DNA of 64,000 nt, taken from contig CAILUD010000145.1 of NCBI GenBank assembly GCA_903837285.1, positions 2,697 to 66,696 of the forward strand. Reading direction: 5' to 3'. Shown here piece after piece: positions 48,073-57,892 of this stretch (position 1 is its first letter; each line of letters begins with the position of its first letter). Under the pieces are notes generated by a model, which had not been told where the DNA came from, made no database searches, and worked only from the letters and a program-made list of their open reading frames with translations. The position numbers were made by a program, and so were the translations under genes. This DNA is from an uncultured Bacteroidota bacterium. GTDB taxonomy: Bacteria > Bacteroidota > Bacteroidia > Bacteroidales > GWA2-32-17.

Positions 48073-48401
48073 GGTAACATTATTTTTTTAGTTTCTTGTG
48101 CTGAAACAAATATCTGTTTCTTAAATATTATATTATTGTTGTAAGATACAGAAATGAGATGTGTTCCTGTAGTTATAGCATAAACTTTTCCTTTAGGTCT
48201 GTTTGCGTGATCTTTTTTTACATCTGCCTTAAAATTGCTTTTTTCATCGAGAATAACATCAATACCCCCAATATATTTGCTAGGCTGCCCAATAAATTCC
48301 AAGAATGATTCATTTTCTAAACCGGTGGAAAGTGTTTTTACACCAGTACAGTTGGTAAGAAACATCAAACCAATGGCTGTAATAAATAGTATTTTTTTCA
48401 T
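48069..48401 (-). CDS. Small (110 aa) beta-rich lipoprotein, unassigned
   Basis: Lipobox LTNC. Its stop/start codons overlap both neighbours. Confidence 0.6.
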   Translation of the reverse strand: MKKILFITAIGLMFLTNCTGVKTLSTGLENESFLEFIGQPSKYIGGIDVILDEKSNFKADVKKDHANRPKGKVYAITTGTHLISVSYNNNIIFKKQIFVSAQETKKIMLP

Positions 48402-49330
48402 TATTTAATTTCTTTTATGAAGTAGTTACTTAAATTTTGTTTTTCAATGCTACCCTCAGTAAATGAAACCATTGAAAATTCACTTTGTGGGGTATCGCCA
48501 CCTATAAAATCAATTTTAATTTTGCCCACAGATTTGCCAGGTAACTCAATCATCATTCCGGTTTGTGGATTTTTAACGCTTTTTCCTTTTTCAACAACTT
48601 CATAAATATCACCAATCTTTAAGCCTTGACTTTTGCCACCAGGTATTAAAATGCCATTGTCGTCATATGAAATGAAATAAGATTTCCAAGGTCTGTCCAT
48701 GCAATTGTTTATGATATTTTCAACTAATTTTGAAATTGCTGCTGAAATCGCTTTATCACTTAAAGTAGCATCATAATCTGTCCGCTCACCCATACCCATA
48801 ACTGTTTTATTCGTTGTTTCTGCTTCACCTTTTGCTTCTTCAGAGTATATTACTTGCCCTGTTGAAACATCAACTAAGCGGATACTAACACCTGCTTGAA
48901 CAGTTTGAGTTTTACTTCTTGAAAATGCATTAACATCACCAACATTTTTCCTTCCAAATTCTGTTACAGAACCAATTATTAAATAATCTGCACCAACTTT
49001 TTGCAGTCCTCCATTTCCAGAGAGCTTTAATTCTTCTTCAATTTTATCTATATCTTGTCTTTCTAATAAAATAAATTTATTAGTTGATGCTAGTTTAGTA
49101 GTCAAGATATCAACAGCTTGTTTGCCAATAGGGTCATTTGCCTTATCGTAAAAAACACCTTTTGCATATTGTGTTTCATTTGAAAAACGAGCAATAGCAA
49201 CCTTTCTCTTAAGTGATTGTTCGTCTTTTTTTATTTCCTGTATTTGCGGTTCTACTTTTACCACTTTCTGCTGTGTTGTGCAGCTTATTGCAATTGAATA
49301 AATTACGAGAATAATTAATGTTTTTCTCAT
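48401..49330 (-). CDS. CsgG/HfaB-family lipoprotein with C-terminal extension
   Basis: Lipobox AISC, then KRKVAIARFSNETQ...GKQAVDILTTKLASTNKFILLERQDIDKIEEELKLSG (CsgG core). An extra ~90 aa follows (GLKIGDIYEVVEKGKSVKNPQTGMMIELPGKSVGKIKI). Confidence 0.75.
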   Translation of the reverse strand: MRKTLIILVIYSIAISCTTQQKVVKVEPQIQEIKKDEQSLKRKVAIARFSNETQYAKGVFYDKANDPIGKQAVDILTTKLASTNKFILLERQDIDKIEEELKLSGNGGLQKVGADYLIIGSVTEFGRKNVGDVNAFSRSKTQTVQAGVSIRLVDVSTGQVIYSEEAKGEAETTNKTVMGMGERTDYDATLSDKAISAAISKLVENIINNCMDRPWKSYFISYDDNGILIPGGKSQGLKIGDIYEVVEKGKSVKNPQTGMMIELPGKSVGKIKIDFIGGDTPQSEFSMVSFTEGSIEKQNLSNYFIKEIK

Positions 49331-49629
49331 GGTTTTAATTTTATAATTTATTTTAGTTAAAAGATTTTTTTTAGGAGATATAATTTATAACAATAAAACT
49401 TAAATTAAGTTTATTTTAAATATAATTTCTTGTATTTCATAGAATAATAAACAAAGTTAAGTAATAAATTGACTAAACAAAGTACATTTTATAATTTAAA
49501 ATTTATAAAATCATTATCTTTGGATTTTACTGCTGTATTTTAGTGTCTGCAAAACTTATTTGATAGTTGTGTTCAAGTATTTGCAAAATGATTTTTTAAA
49601 TGGCATTGTATAATATTTAGTTTACTGTT

Positions 49630-51657
49630 ATGATTTTTTTCCAAAATAAAATATTTTTATTTGTTACAGTTTCTTGTTTGTTTTTCTCAAACCAAAGTAT
49701 TGCAAGGGAGTTTACGCAAACTATTTCTTCGCCTTCAAAATTAGTTGAGGTAAAATTTATTCTTCAACAGGATGGACTTGCTTTCTGGAGTTTAAAATAT
49801 AAGGGCGATACAATATTTAATTATTCTTCACTTGGATTTGTGCTTAAAGGAAACGATAGTCTAAATCGTTTTCGATGGATTAAAAATAAAACAAAATACA
49901 AAAACGAAAACTGGAAGCCTGTTTGGGGACAATCATCGTTAATTAAAAACGAGTATAATGAAATTAAAATAGAGCTGAGAGACTTTAAGGGAAGGCTTTT
50001 AAATTTTTATATGCGGGCTTATGATGATGGTTTTGCATTTCGTTATGAAACTCCAAATCAACCAGGAATAACTGATATTGTTATAATGTCAGAAGAAAGC
50101 AGAATTTCTTTTAATGGTAAATATGAATGTTGGTGGAGTTGGGCAGATTATAATACATTGGAAAAACTTTTTTATCATACTCCTTTAGATAGCGCTACTC
50201 ATGTTGCAACACCTTTTACTTTAAAAAGATCTAACAACGTGTATCTTTCAATTCACGAAGCTGCAATAGAGAATTATTCAACAATGACATTAAAAAGAGA
50301 TGGGGAACAAAATTATAAAATTAATTTAGCCCCTTGGGCAGATGGAACGTTGGTCAAAACAAAAACCCCAATGTTTTCTCCTTGGAGGGCAATAATTATT
50401 GCTGATAAACCAGGTGGTTTAATTGAGTCGAATCTTATAACAAATCTTAATGATACTTGTCAGATAAAAGATGTTTCGTGGATTAAACCGATGACCTATG
50501 TTGGAATATGGTGGGAAATGCATTTAGGAATTTCAAAATGGATACTAGGCGAAAAGCACGGTGCAACAACAGAAAACGCAAAACGATATATCGATTTTGC
50601 TTCCAAACATTATGTAAAAGGAGTATTAATTGAAGGCTGGAATACAGGTTGGGAGAACTGGGGAAAAAAGGATGCCTTTGATTTTGTAACACCGTATAAA
50701 GATTTTAATTTAAAAGAAGTAGTAAAATATGCTAAAACAAAAGGTGTAGAAATAATTGGACATCACGAAACCGGTGGAGATACCGAATCATACGAAAAAC
50801 ATATTGAAGAAGCATTTGCATTCTACAAAATGTTAGGGATAAATATTGTTAAAACAGGATATGCCGGACCAGTTGTTCCAGTTGGCGAATATCATCATGG
50901 GCAATGTATGGTTCAGCATTATAATAAGGTTATGAAACTAGCTGCAAAATATAAATTAATGCTTGATGTTCATGAACCTATTGTACTTTCGGGATTAAGC
51001 AGAACATATCCAAATCTTATGACCGCAGAAGGAGTTCGTGGAATGGAATGGAATGCCTGGAGCGATGGAAATCCACCTTCACATACCTGTACGCTCCCAT
51101 TTACAAGAGGAATTGCAGGGCCAATGGATTATACGCCCGGAATATTTGATATAGATTTATCGGCACATTCTAAAGAAAGGGAAAAATGGAATTCATTAGA
51201 TAAAGGAAATTCTGCCGTGCACAGTACTATTGCAAATCAGCTTGCATTAATGTTAGTTTTGTATAGTCCGCTTCAAATGGCTGCCGATTTACCAGAAAAT
51301 TATGAAGGGAATAAAGCGTTTTCTTTTATTGAGAATCTACCTACAACATGGGATGAAACAAAGGTTATTGATGCTTCAATTGGAGAATATTTAATTATTG
51401 CCCGAAGAAAAGAAAACAATTGGTTTGTAGGTGCAATAACAAATGAAAATAAACGGGAACTAATTATTTCGTTAAATTTTCTTGAAAATAACAAAGAGTA
51501 CAATGCAAATATTTATTCAGACGGAAATGATGCCGATTTTGAAACAAATCCGGAATCTCTTCTGATAAATGAAATGAAAATTGTTTCTACAGATTCGGTA
51601 ACTCTAAAACTTGCAAGAGGCGGAGGCGCTTGCCTGAAAATCAAAATAATTGAGTAG
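49630..51657 (+). CDS. Glycoside hydrolase family 97 (alpha-glucosidase/galactosidase type)
   Basis: N-terminal SSPSKLVEVKF...DGLAFWSLKYKG, and a catalytic region EGWNTGWENWG...GHHETGG. Confidence 0.8.
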   Translation: MIFFQNKIFLFVTVSCLFFSNQSIAREFTQTISSPSKLVEVKFILQQDGLAFWSLKYKGDTIFNYSSLGFVLKGNDSLNRFRWIKNKTKYKNENWKPVWGQSSLIKNEYNEIKIELRDFKGRLLNFYMRAYDDGFAFRYETPNQPGITDIVIMSEESRISFNGKYECWWSWADYNTLEKLFYHTPLDSATHVATPFTLKRSNNVYLSIHEAAIENYSTMTLKRDGEQNYKINLAPWADGTLVKTKTPMFSPWRAIIIADKPGGLIESNLITNLNDTCQIKDVSWIKPMTYVGIWWEMHLGISKWILGEKHGATTENAKRYIDFASKHYVKGVLIEGWNTGWENWGKKDAFDFVTPYKDFNLKEVVKYAKTKGVEIIGHHETGGDTESYEKHIEEAFAFYKMLGINIVKTGYAGPVVPVGEYHHGQCMVQHYNKVMKLAAKYKLMLDVHEPIVLSGLSRTYPNLMTAEGVRGMEWNAWSDGNPPSHTCTLPFTRGIAGPMDYTPGIFDIDLSAHSKEREKWNSLDKGNSAVHSTIANQLALMLVLYSPLQMAADLPENYEGNKAFSFIENLPTTWDETKVIDASIGEYLIIARRKENNWFVGAITNENKRELIISLNFLENNKEYNANIYSDGNDADFETNPESLLINEMKIVSTDSVTLKLARGGGACLKIKIIE

Positions 51658-51750
51658 TTATTTAATCAATTTAAAGATTTTTAATATTTTGCTTATACAA
51701 CTTGATGAATAAAACCTTAAAGTGGAGGGTTTTTTTATTATTTTTGTCGC

Positions 51751-52203
51751 ATGAATAATTCAGATTTATCGGTTAACTCTAAAGAAAAACAGTTTGGTTT
51801 AGACAAACGATATTTGCATATGGCGAATATTTGGGCAGAAAACAGTTATTGTGTAAGGCGAAAAGTAGGTGCATTAATTGTAAAAGATAAAATGATTATT
51901 TCTGATGGATATAATGGCACGCCCTCTGGTTTTGAAAATAAATGTGAAGATGAAAACAATGTAACTTTTCCTTATGTTTTACATGCCGAAGCCAACGCAA
52001 TTACAAAGGTTGCTAAATCAAATAATAGTAGTCATGGTGCTACTTTGTATGTTACAACCTCACCATGTGTTGAGTGTTCAAAATTAATTATTCAGGCTGG
52101 CGTTAATAGGGTTGTGTTTAGCGATAAATATCATAATGTTGCTGGATTGGAATTATTACAGAAAGCGGAAATAGAAATTATTCATATTCCCTTTGAAAAA
52201 TAA
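51751..52203 (+). CDS. dCMP deaminase
   Basis: HAEANAI and SPCVECSKLI zinc motifs. 150 aa. Confidence 0.88.
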   Translation: MNNSDLSVNSKEKQFGLDKRYLHMANIWAENSYCVRRKVGALIVKDKMIISDGYNGTPSGFENKCEDENNVTFPYVLHAEANAITKVAKSNNSSHGATLYVTTSPCVECSKLIIQAGVNRVVFSDKYHNVAGLELLQKAEIEIIHIPFEK

Positions 52204-52207
52204 AAAT

Positions 52208-53809
52208 ATGTCACAAAAAAACAAACGAATTTATATTTATCTGCCAATTATTCTGAGTGTTATTTTTGTAGGTGGAATGTTTGCCGGTCATTATTTGCCT
52301 GGTGGTAAAGCAGTTTTTATTCACAATATTCCATTAACAAATAAGCTGGATGCAATTTTAGGATATATTCAGGAGGAATATGTTGATTCTGTTTCAAAAG
52401 ATGATTTGGTAGAATTATCTCTTCCTGCAATTTTAGAAAATCTCGATCCTCACTCGGTATATATTCCTGCTTCTGATTTTCATGAATTAAATGATCCTTT
52501 GGAGGGTGAATTTGAAGGTATAGGTGTTGAGTTTAATATACAAAAAGATACTATTACTGTTGTTAATACTATTCCTGGTGGACCATCAGAAAGAAGAGGA
52601 GTAATGGGTGGTGACAGAATTGTAAAAATAAACGACACATTAGTTGCCGGAGTTAAAATTCAGAATTCAGATGTTATAAAAAAACTAAAAGGAAAAAAAG
52701 GAACTGTTGTTAAAATTTCTGTGAAAAGAAAAAACACTAAAAATCTAATTCCATTTGAAATTACCCGTGATAAAATTCCACTTGTTAGTGTTGATGCTTC
52801 TTTTATGGCACAAAAAGACATAGGATATATAAAAGTAAGCAAATTTGCACGAACAACTACTGATGAATTTCACCAAGCTGTTGATGCTTTAAAGGCACAA
52901 GGAATGAAAAAAATAATTGTCGATTTGCGCGGAAATGGTGGCGGTTACTTAGATGCAGCAACAAATTTGGCAGATGAATTTTTAAAAGAAGGTAGTTTAA
53001 TCGTTTATACAAAAGGAAGATCGAAACCTAAAGTTAATACGTTTGCCACTTCATACGGGTATTGCCAGAATGAAAAAATAGTCGTTTTAATTGACGAATG
53101 GTCAGCCTCGGCAAGTGAAATTTTTGCTGGTGCAATACAAGATAATGACAGAGGAACAATAATTGGCCGAAGATCTTTTGGCAAAGGATTAGTTCAAGAG
53201 CCTGTTTCTTTTAACGATGGATCTTCTTTAAGATTAACGGTTGCAAGATATTACACCCCAACGGGAAGGTGCATTCAACGCTCATATAAAAATGGGTCGA
53301 TGAGTTATTATGAAGAAATTGCAGACAGATTTCATATAGGCGAATCAGAAGAAAAAGATAGCCTTAAGCTTTTTGATTCGTTAAAATTTAAAACTCCTGG
53401 TGGGAAAACGGTTTATGGTGGTGGTGGAATAACACCTGATATTTTTGTTACAAACGACACTTTAGATATTACAAGTTATTTTAAAGAAGCAGTTACCCAA
53501 GCTTTAATTTATCGTTTTGCATTTGATTATACTGACGAGAACAGAAAGTTTTTTAAAACATTTTCTAACTGGGAGGAATTAGACAAACATTTAAATAAAG
53601 TAGATGTATTAAAGTTGTTTGTTGCATTTGCAAGTAAAAATGGATTAGCTGAAAACAATGCTGAAATAAAAAAATCAAACGAGCTGCTAAGAACTCATCT
53701 TAAGGCATATATAATAAGAAATATTTTCGACGATAAAGGTTTTTATCCTGTTGCATTAAGTATTGACAATGTATATAAAAGAGCAATTAATTATCTTGAT
53801 AAAAATTAA
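52208..53809 (+). CDS. S41-family carboxy-terminal processing peptidase
   Basis: PDZ region (GGPSERRGVMGGDRIVKIND), DLRGNGGGYL and SASASEIFAGAIQDNDRG..SFGKG. ATG 52208 is preferred over TTG 52193. Confidence 0.88.
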   Translation: MSQKNKRIYIYLPIILSVIFVGGMFAGHYLPGGKAVFIHNIPLTNKLDAILGYIQEEYVDSVSKDDLVELSLPAILENLDPHSVYIPASDFHELNDPLEGEFEGIGVEFNIQKDTITVVNTIPGGPSERRGVMGGDRIVKINDTLVAGVKIQNSDVIKKLKGKKGTVVKISVKRKNTKNLIPFEITRDKIPLVSVDASFMAQKDIGYIKVSKFARTTTDEFHQAVDALKAQGMKKIIVDLRGNGGGYLDAATNLADEFLKEGSLIVYTKGRSKPKVNTFATSYGYCQNEKIVVLIDEWSASASEIFAGAIQDNDRGTIIGRRSFGKGLVQEPVSFNDGSSLRLTVARYYTPTGRCIQRSYKNGSMSYYEEIADRFHIGESEEKDSLKLFDSLKFKTPGGKTVYGGGGITPDIFVTNDTLDITSYFKEAVTQALIYRFAFDYTDENRKFFKTFSNWEELDKHLNKVDVLKLFVAFASKNGLAENNAEIKKSNELLRTHLKAYIIRNIFDDKGFYPVALSIDNVYKRAINYLDKN

Positions 53810-53900
53810 AGAAATGTGTTTTAAGGCATATATTTAGGTTATTATCAAAATAGATTGTGCAACCTTACATAAAAGATATAGTCTAATTGAAAATTTTATT

Positions 53901-53908
53901 TAATTTTG
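53901..53908 (+). promoter_or_regulatory. Bacteroidota-type -7 box TAATTTTG
   Basis: Matches TAnnTTTG, 35 nt before ATG 53943. Confidence 0.4.
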
Positions 53909-53942
53909 AACCAAAATTTATGTTTAACTAAAAAAAGTAATT

Positions 53943-55718
53943 ATGAAAAAATTCTACATCTTTTTGCTTGCGGTACTTATAACAGGCAGTGCATTTGCAC
54001 AAATTAAATCAACACAAATTTCAGCTAGATTAGAGCATTTTGGTAAAGCCTTACCAACTGTTTCTGGTAAAGGAGTGTTGGCTACTGTTCCTTATTTGGA
54101 AACATTTGATGCTGGAATGCCAGCTTCTTATGTAATAGCTGACCTTGATGGTTTTCCTGTTTATGCACCTTACACATTTATGACAGCAGCTTGGGTTTCT
54201 ACAACCTTAAGCGGCCAGACAACAGCAGCAGCTACAAGTACATCATGGTATACTTCAGCTCATCAATCAAATGACTGGATGATGACAGAGGGTATCCAAA
54301 TTCCTGCATCTGGAACCTATCAAATTAAATGGAAAGGAAAAGCTTCTGACACTGCTCCTTACAATGACGGATATGAAGTTTATATGACTTCAACTATTGC
54401 AGGTTCAGCTCCAGTAACAACAGATTTTTCTGCTGCAGCTATTTTTACAACAGCTGGTGAAACAAATGCTGCATGGACAACACACACATATGTTATCCCT
54501 GCTTCATTTAATGGCCAAACTATTTATATTGCATTTAGAAATAATTCAACAGATAGAAACTTATTATCTATTGATGACCTTGAAGTAAAAAATAATGTTA
54601 CAATTCTAAATGATATTCAAACAACATCTACTTATGCTGATTTTACTGGAATGAGTTATTATGAAATAACTCCTTTATCTCAGGTTACAGATGTTAATTT
54701 GGTTGGCGTTGTTCAAAATAACGGTACTTTAGCTCAAACAAACGTAACTCTACATGCAGATGATGCTATTAATGGAATTTCAGGCACTGACTTAGTTGCT
54801 TCTCAAGCACCTGCTCAAATTGACACTATGGTTTTTGTTGCAACTTTAGATGATGTAATTGCAAAAGATTATGGTTTTAAAATGAATGCAACTCAAACAG
54901 CTACTGACGAAACCCCATTAGATAATATTGGTGATTCAATTTATTTTAGCACAGATCCTTCAATGTATGCAAGAAGTACAGATTTAAATGCTTTACTAAC
55001 ATCATATAGTTTTGCAGCTAGTGGCGCTCCAGCAATTACAGGTATGGAATATGGTTGTAATTATCATTTTTTAAATCCTGATAAAATTGATACTATTTTT
55101 GTTTTAATTTATGGAGCAAATGGAACCGGTACTGTTACTGGAAAATTATATAATCAAGATTTAACAACAGGTGCTCGTACTGTTGTAGCTCAATCAGCTC
55201 CTTACACTCCAAATGGAGCTCCAGAAATTGCAGCTCTTCCTTTAACTACTTTTTATACAATTCCTACAGTTCCTGCAGTATTAACAGCTACAGTAAAACT
55301 TGACTTAAACGTTACTACAGCTCCTCGTGATACTATTAAAATTGGTGCTGATGGAATGTATCTTGGTGATGGAAGCATTGCTGGTGCACTTTATTTACAA
55401 GTTTCTAGTGCTTGGGGTTGGTATTATTCATCAGGTACAGTTCCTATTGTTGGTCTAGTACTTGATCAAGCTACTGGTATCAATAATAATTTATTATCAA
55501 AAGATTTATTTGTATATCCTAATCCAGTTAGCAACACTTTATTCGTAATGAATAAAAAAGCTATCAGTGTAGATATTTACAATCTATCTGGACAAGTTGT
55601 AGCTTCATATAATAATGAGAATGTAATTGATGTTACAAAACTTGCTCAAGGTTCATACCTTGTAAAAGTTGTTACTGCTGACAAAACTATTACAGAAAAA
55701 ATTAATATCGTTAGATAA
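53943..55718 (+). CDS. T9SS type A sorting-domain cargo with choice-of-anchor-J-like N-terminal domain
   Basis: C-terminal LFVYPNPVSNTLFV...IYNLSGQVV...LAQGSYLVKV (Por secretion tail). N-terminal YLETFDAG...NDWMMTEGIQIP...GQTIYIAFRNN...SIDDLEV. Confidence 0.8.
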   Translation: MKKFYIFLLAVLITGSAFAQIKSTQISARLEHFGKALPTVSGKGVLATVPYLETFDAGMPASYVIADLDGFPVYAPYTFMTAAWVSTTLSGQTTAAATSTSWYTSAHQSNDWMMTEGIQIPASGTYQIKWKGKASDTAPYNDGYEVYMTSTIAGSAPVTTDFSAAAIFTTAGETNAAWTTHTYVIPASFNGQTIYIAFRNNSTDRNLLSIDDLEVKNNVTILNDIQTTSTYADFTGMSYYEITPLSQVTDVNLVGVVQNNGTLAQTNVTLHADDAINGISGTDLVASQAPAQIDTMVFVATLDDVIAKDYGFKMNATQTATDETPLDNIGDSIYFSTDPSMYARSTDLNALLTSYSFAASGAPAITGMEYGCNYHFLNPDKIDTIFVLIYGANGTGTVTGKLYNQDLTTGARTVVAQSAPYTPNGAPEIAALPLTTFYTIPTVPAVLTATVKLDLNVTTAPRDTIKIGADGMYLGDGSIAGALYLQVSSAWGWYYSSGTVPIVGLVLDQATGINNNLLSKDLFVYPNPVSNTLFVMNKKAISVDIYNLSGQVVASYNNENVIDVTKLAQGSYLVKVVTADKTITEKINIVR

Positions 55719-55739
55719 TAATTATAATATTTAAAAAAG

Positions 55740-55770
55740 ATCCTCAAGCATTGCTTGGGGATTTTTTTTT
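55740..55770 (+). terminator. Intrinsic terminator after the T9SS type A cargo gene
   Basis: ATCCTCAAGC-att-GCTTGGGGAT followed by T9. Confidence 0.8.
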
Positions 55771-55836
55771 GTAAAAAATTTTCTTTATTACCAATGTTAA
55801 GACCGTTGCAAAACTCCCAAAAACAAAAATCTACTA

Positions 55837-56064
55837 CATTCCGAGGCAGCCTGAACTGAGCTTGACGAAGGGAAGCAATCTTATTTACAGTAATACCATT
55901 TATCTGCCGTTATGTGACGGAGGAACTAACTAAAATACTAGTTCGCCGCGGCGAAGAGTTCAATCGAGAAATACAGGAAATCCAAACTTAAGTCAATGAC
56001 ATCCTCCGCGGCGGATTAAAGTTGGTATAAATAATTATACTGGTCTGTAGGCTACAGACCAAGG
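55837..56064. repeat. Composite intergenic element
   Basis: CATTCCGAGG...CGAAGGGAAGCAATC (55837-55880), TTCGCCGCGGCGAA (55942-55955), ATCCTCCGCGGCGGAT (56001-56016), TGGTCTGTAGGCTACAGACCAAGG (56041-56064). Confidence 0.7.
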
Positions 56065-56074
56065 AGGAAAATTT

Positions 56075-57058
56075 TTAAAGAGGTAATTTTTTTATAAAAG
56101 TAATTTCCACAGTTGCAGATTTATTAAGCAGTGAAGAAAAAATATCGCTAAAAGCAAAAAAGGGCATTGAAAATAAAAAAAACAACTTCTGAATTAATAA
56201 ATTAAATTTTGAGTATTCTTTAATGTAATCTTTGTTCCCCTTCATTGATTCGAATAAAACTTCTCGTTTTTTGGTTGTCAAATTTAAAAAACTCTGAACT
56301 GCACCAAAGGGGTTTTGTTCAAAAGAAAAATAATGTTGTTTTACCGTCTTAAAACCTTTGCTTTCCATTATTTTAATAAAATCTTTTGGATCAAAGAAAA
56401 ACAAATGACGAGGTGGGTCTAAATGAAGCCATTTACCTTTGAAAAAACGAGCTTGAAAACTTGCAATATTTGGAAATGAAAACACTGCTATTCCACCGGG
56501 TTTAACAATTTTACTTATTGTTTCTAATGTTTCTTTTGGTTCTGCTAAATGCTCAAATACATGAAAAAGTGAAACAGCATCGAAAAAATTATCCGGAAAA
56601 TCGCCAGCATTTAATGTTCCTGTTTTTAGTGTTATTTCCTTAACCCTTGAAGCTCGTTTTGCACTGTTGCCCTCCATTTCAGTTCCATAAAGCTCAAAAG
56701 AACCAAACTTTAATAAGTATTTTAAAAACCTACCGTTTCCACACCCTACATCTAAAACTTTTGCGCCAGTATTTAAAAATTTGCTGACATTTCGTGCCCT
56801 TCCACTTCTAAAATAATCTAGAGTTTTTTCGACTAATGGTGACGAAAATTTTTCTTCTTTTTCGCCATAATATGAAGAATCGTATGCTTGTGCAATTTGT
56901 TCTGGAGTTGGTCGTGGTGCTAAAAAATAAGCATTGCACGATTTACATTTATTAATTGTAAAATGATTGTCAAAAATATCGAAAGTTTTATATTGAACTT
57001 CGCTCTCTATACCTTTACAATAGCCGCAAACGCTTTGATTATTTTTATTTTCTAACAT
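56075..57058 (-). CDS. Class I SAM-dependent methyltransferase with N-terminal Cys4 zinc ribbon
   Basis: CGYCKG...CKSCNAYF then VLDVGCGNGRF and GGIAVFSFPN. Confidence 0.75.
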   Translation of the reverse strand: MLENKNNQSVCGYCKGIESEVQYKTFDIFDNHFTINKCKSCNAYFLAPRPTPEQIAQAYDSSYYGEKEEKFSSPLVEKTLDYFRSGRARNVSKFLNTGAKVLDVGCGNGRFLKYLLKFGSFELYGTEMEGNSAKRASRVKEITLKTGTLNAGDFPDNFFDAVSLFHVFEHLAEPKETLETISKIVKPGGIAVFSFPNIASFQARFFKGKWLHLDPPRHLFFFDPKDFIKIMESKGFKTVKQHYFSFEQNPFGAVQSFLNLTTKKREVLFESMKGNKDYIKEYSKFNLLIQKLFFLFSMPFFAFSDIFSSLLNKSATVEITFIKKLPL

Positions 57059-57804
57059 TATACTTTCTTAAAAATAGAATAATGTGCTAATCCCATTTTT
57101 TGAAATCTGTACTTAAAAGAAGTCCCCAGCACCCCTAACCCATACTTTGCGCTTCGTTTAAAATTAATTGACGATGCATCGTCGAAATATTTTGTAGGAC
57201 AGGTTATTTCTGCAATTTCAAAACCGGCATAAAAAATTTGAGCTAACATTTGATTATCAAAAACAAAGTCATCAGAATTTGCATGATAATTAATGCTTAA
57301 AAGAACCTCTTTTGTAAACGCCCTGTAACCAGTATGATACTCTGATAATTTTTGCCCAATTATAACATTTTGAGAAAAAGTTAACATTCTGTTAAAAATG
57401 TATTTATATAAAGGCATTCCTCCTTTTAAAGCTCCTTTTCCAAGAATTCGCGAACCCATAACAACAGGATATAATTCTTGTGCTAACAAATGACTTATAG
57501 AAGGAATTAGTTTTGGAGTATATTGATAATCGGGATGAACCATAATAACAATATCGGCACCTAAATCTAATGCGGTATCGTAACATGTTTTTTGATTTCC
57601 TCCGTACCCTTTATTTTTTTCGTGCCTGATAACGTGTTTTATTCCAATTTTTTTTGCAACCTCCGAAGTATTATCTCTGCTTGCATCATCAACAACAATA
57701 ACATCATCGACTATATCAAAAGGAATTTCACGAAATGTTGTTTCTAAAGTTTTTTCCGCATTATATGCGGGCATTACAACTATTATTTTTTTTCCAGCTA
57801 TCAT
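57058..57804 (-). CDS. Family 2 glycosyltransferase, polyprenyl-phosphate sugar synthase type
   Basis: IVVMPAYNAEKTL...VVDDASRDNT...HPDYQY. 248 aa, soluble. TAATG overlap with the downstream methyltransferase. Confidence 0.75.
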   Translation of the reverse strand: MIAGKKIIVVMPAYNAEKTLETTFREIPFDIVDDVIVVDDASRDNTSEVAKKIGIKHVIRHEKNKGYGGNQKTCYDTALDLGADIVIMVHPDYQYTPKLIPSISHLLAQELYPVVMGSRILGKGALKGGMPLYKYIFNRMLTFSQNVIIGQKLSEYHTGYRAFTKEVLLSINYHANSDDFVFDNQMLAQIFYAGFEIAEITCPTKYFDDASSINFKRSAKYGLGVLGTSFKYRFQKMGLAHYSIFKKV

Positions 57805-57817
57805 ATTCTAATTGTGG

Positions 57818-57825
57818 CAAAAATA
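57818..57825 (-). promoter_or_regulatory. Bacteroidota-type -7 box TATTTTTG (GT2-methyltransferase operon)
   Basis: Reverse complement of CAAAAATA, 14 nt before ATG 57804. Confidence 0.35.
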
Positions 57826-57892
57826 ATAATTTATATGGAAAAAGAATAAAAATTATTAATATTGTCCTATAATTCTTTATTTAACTAGCAAA

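Noticed and set aside
42821-49330. tRNA-Leu-anchored genomic island or integrated element
   Set aside because: No integrase or recombinase is present. By eye I found no direct repeat of the GC-rich tRNA 3' end downstream, and no compositional break. I kept only the weaker accessory-islet idea.
51713-51737. Possible terminator after the GH97 gene (AAAACCTTAAAGTGGAGGGTTTTTTT)
   Set aside because: The stem is only 3-4 GC pairs unless the T-run itself is paired. That is too weak to call.
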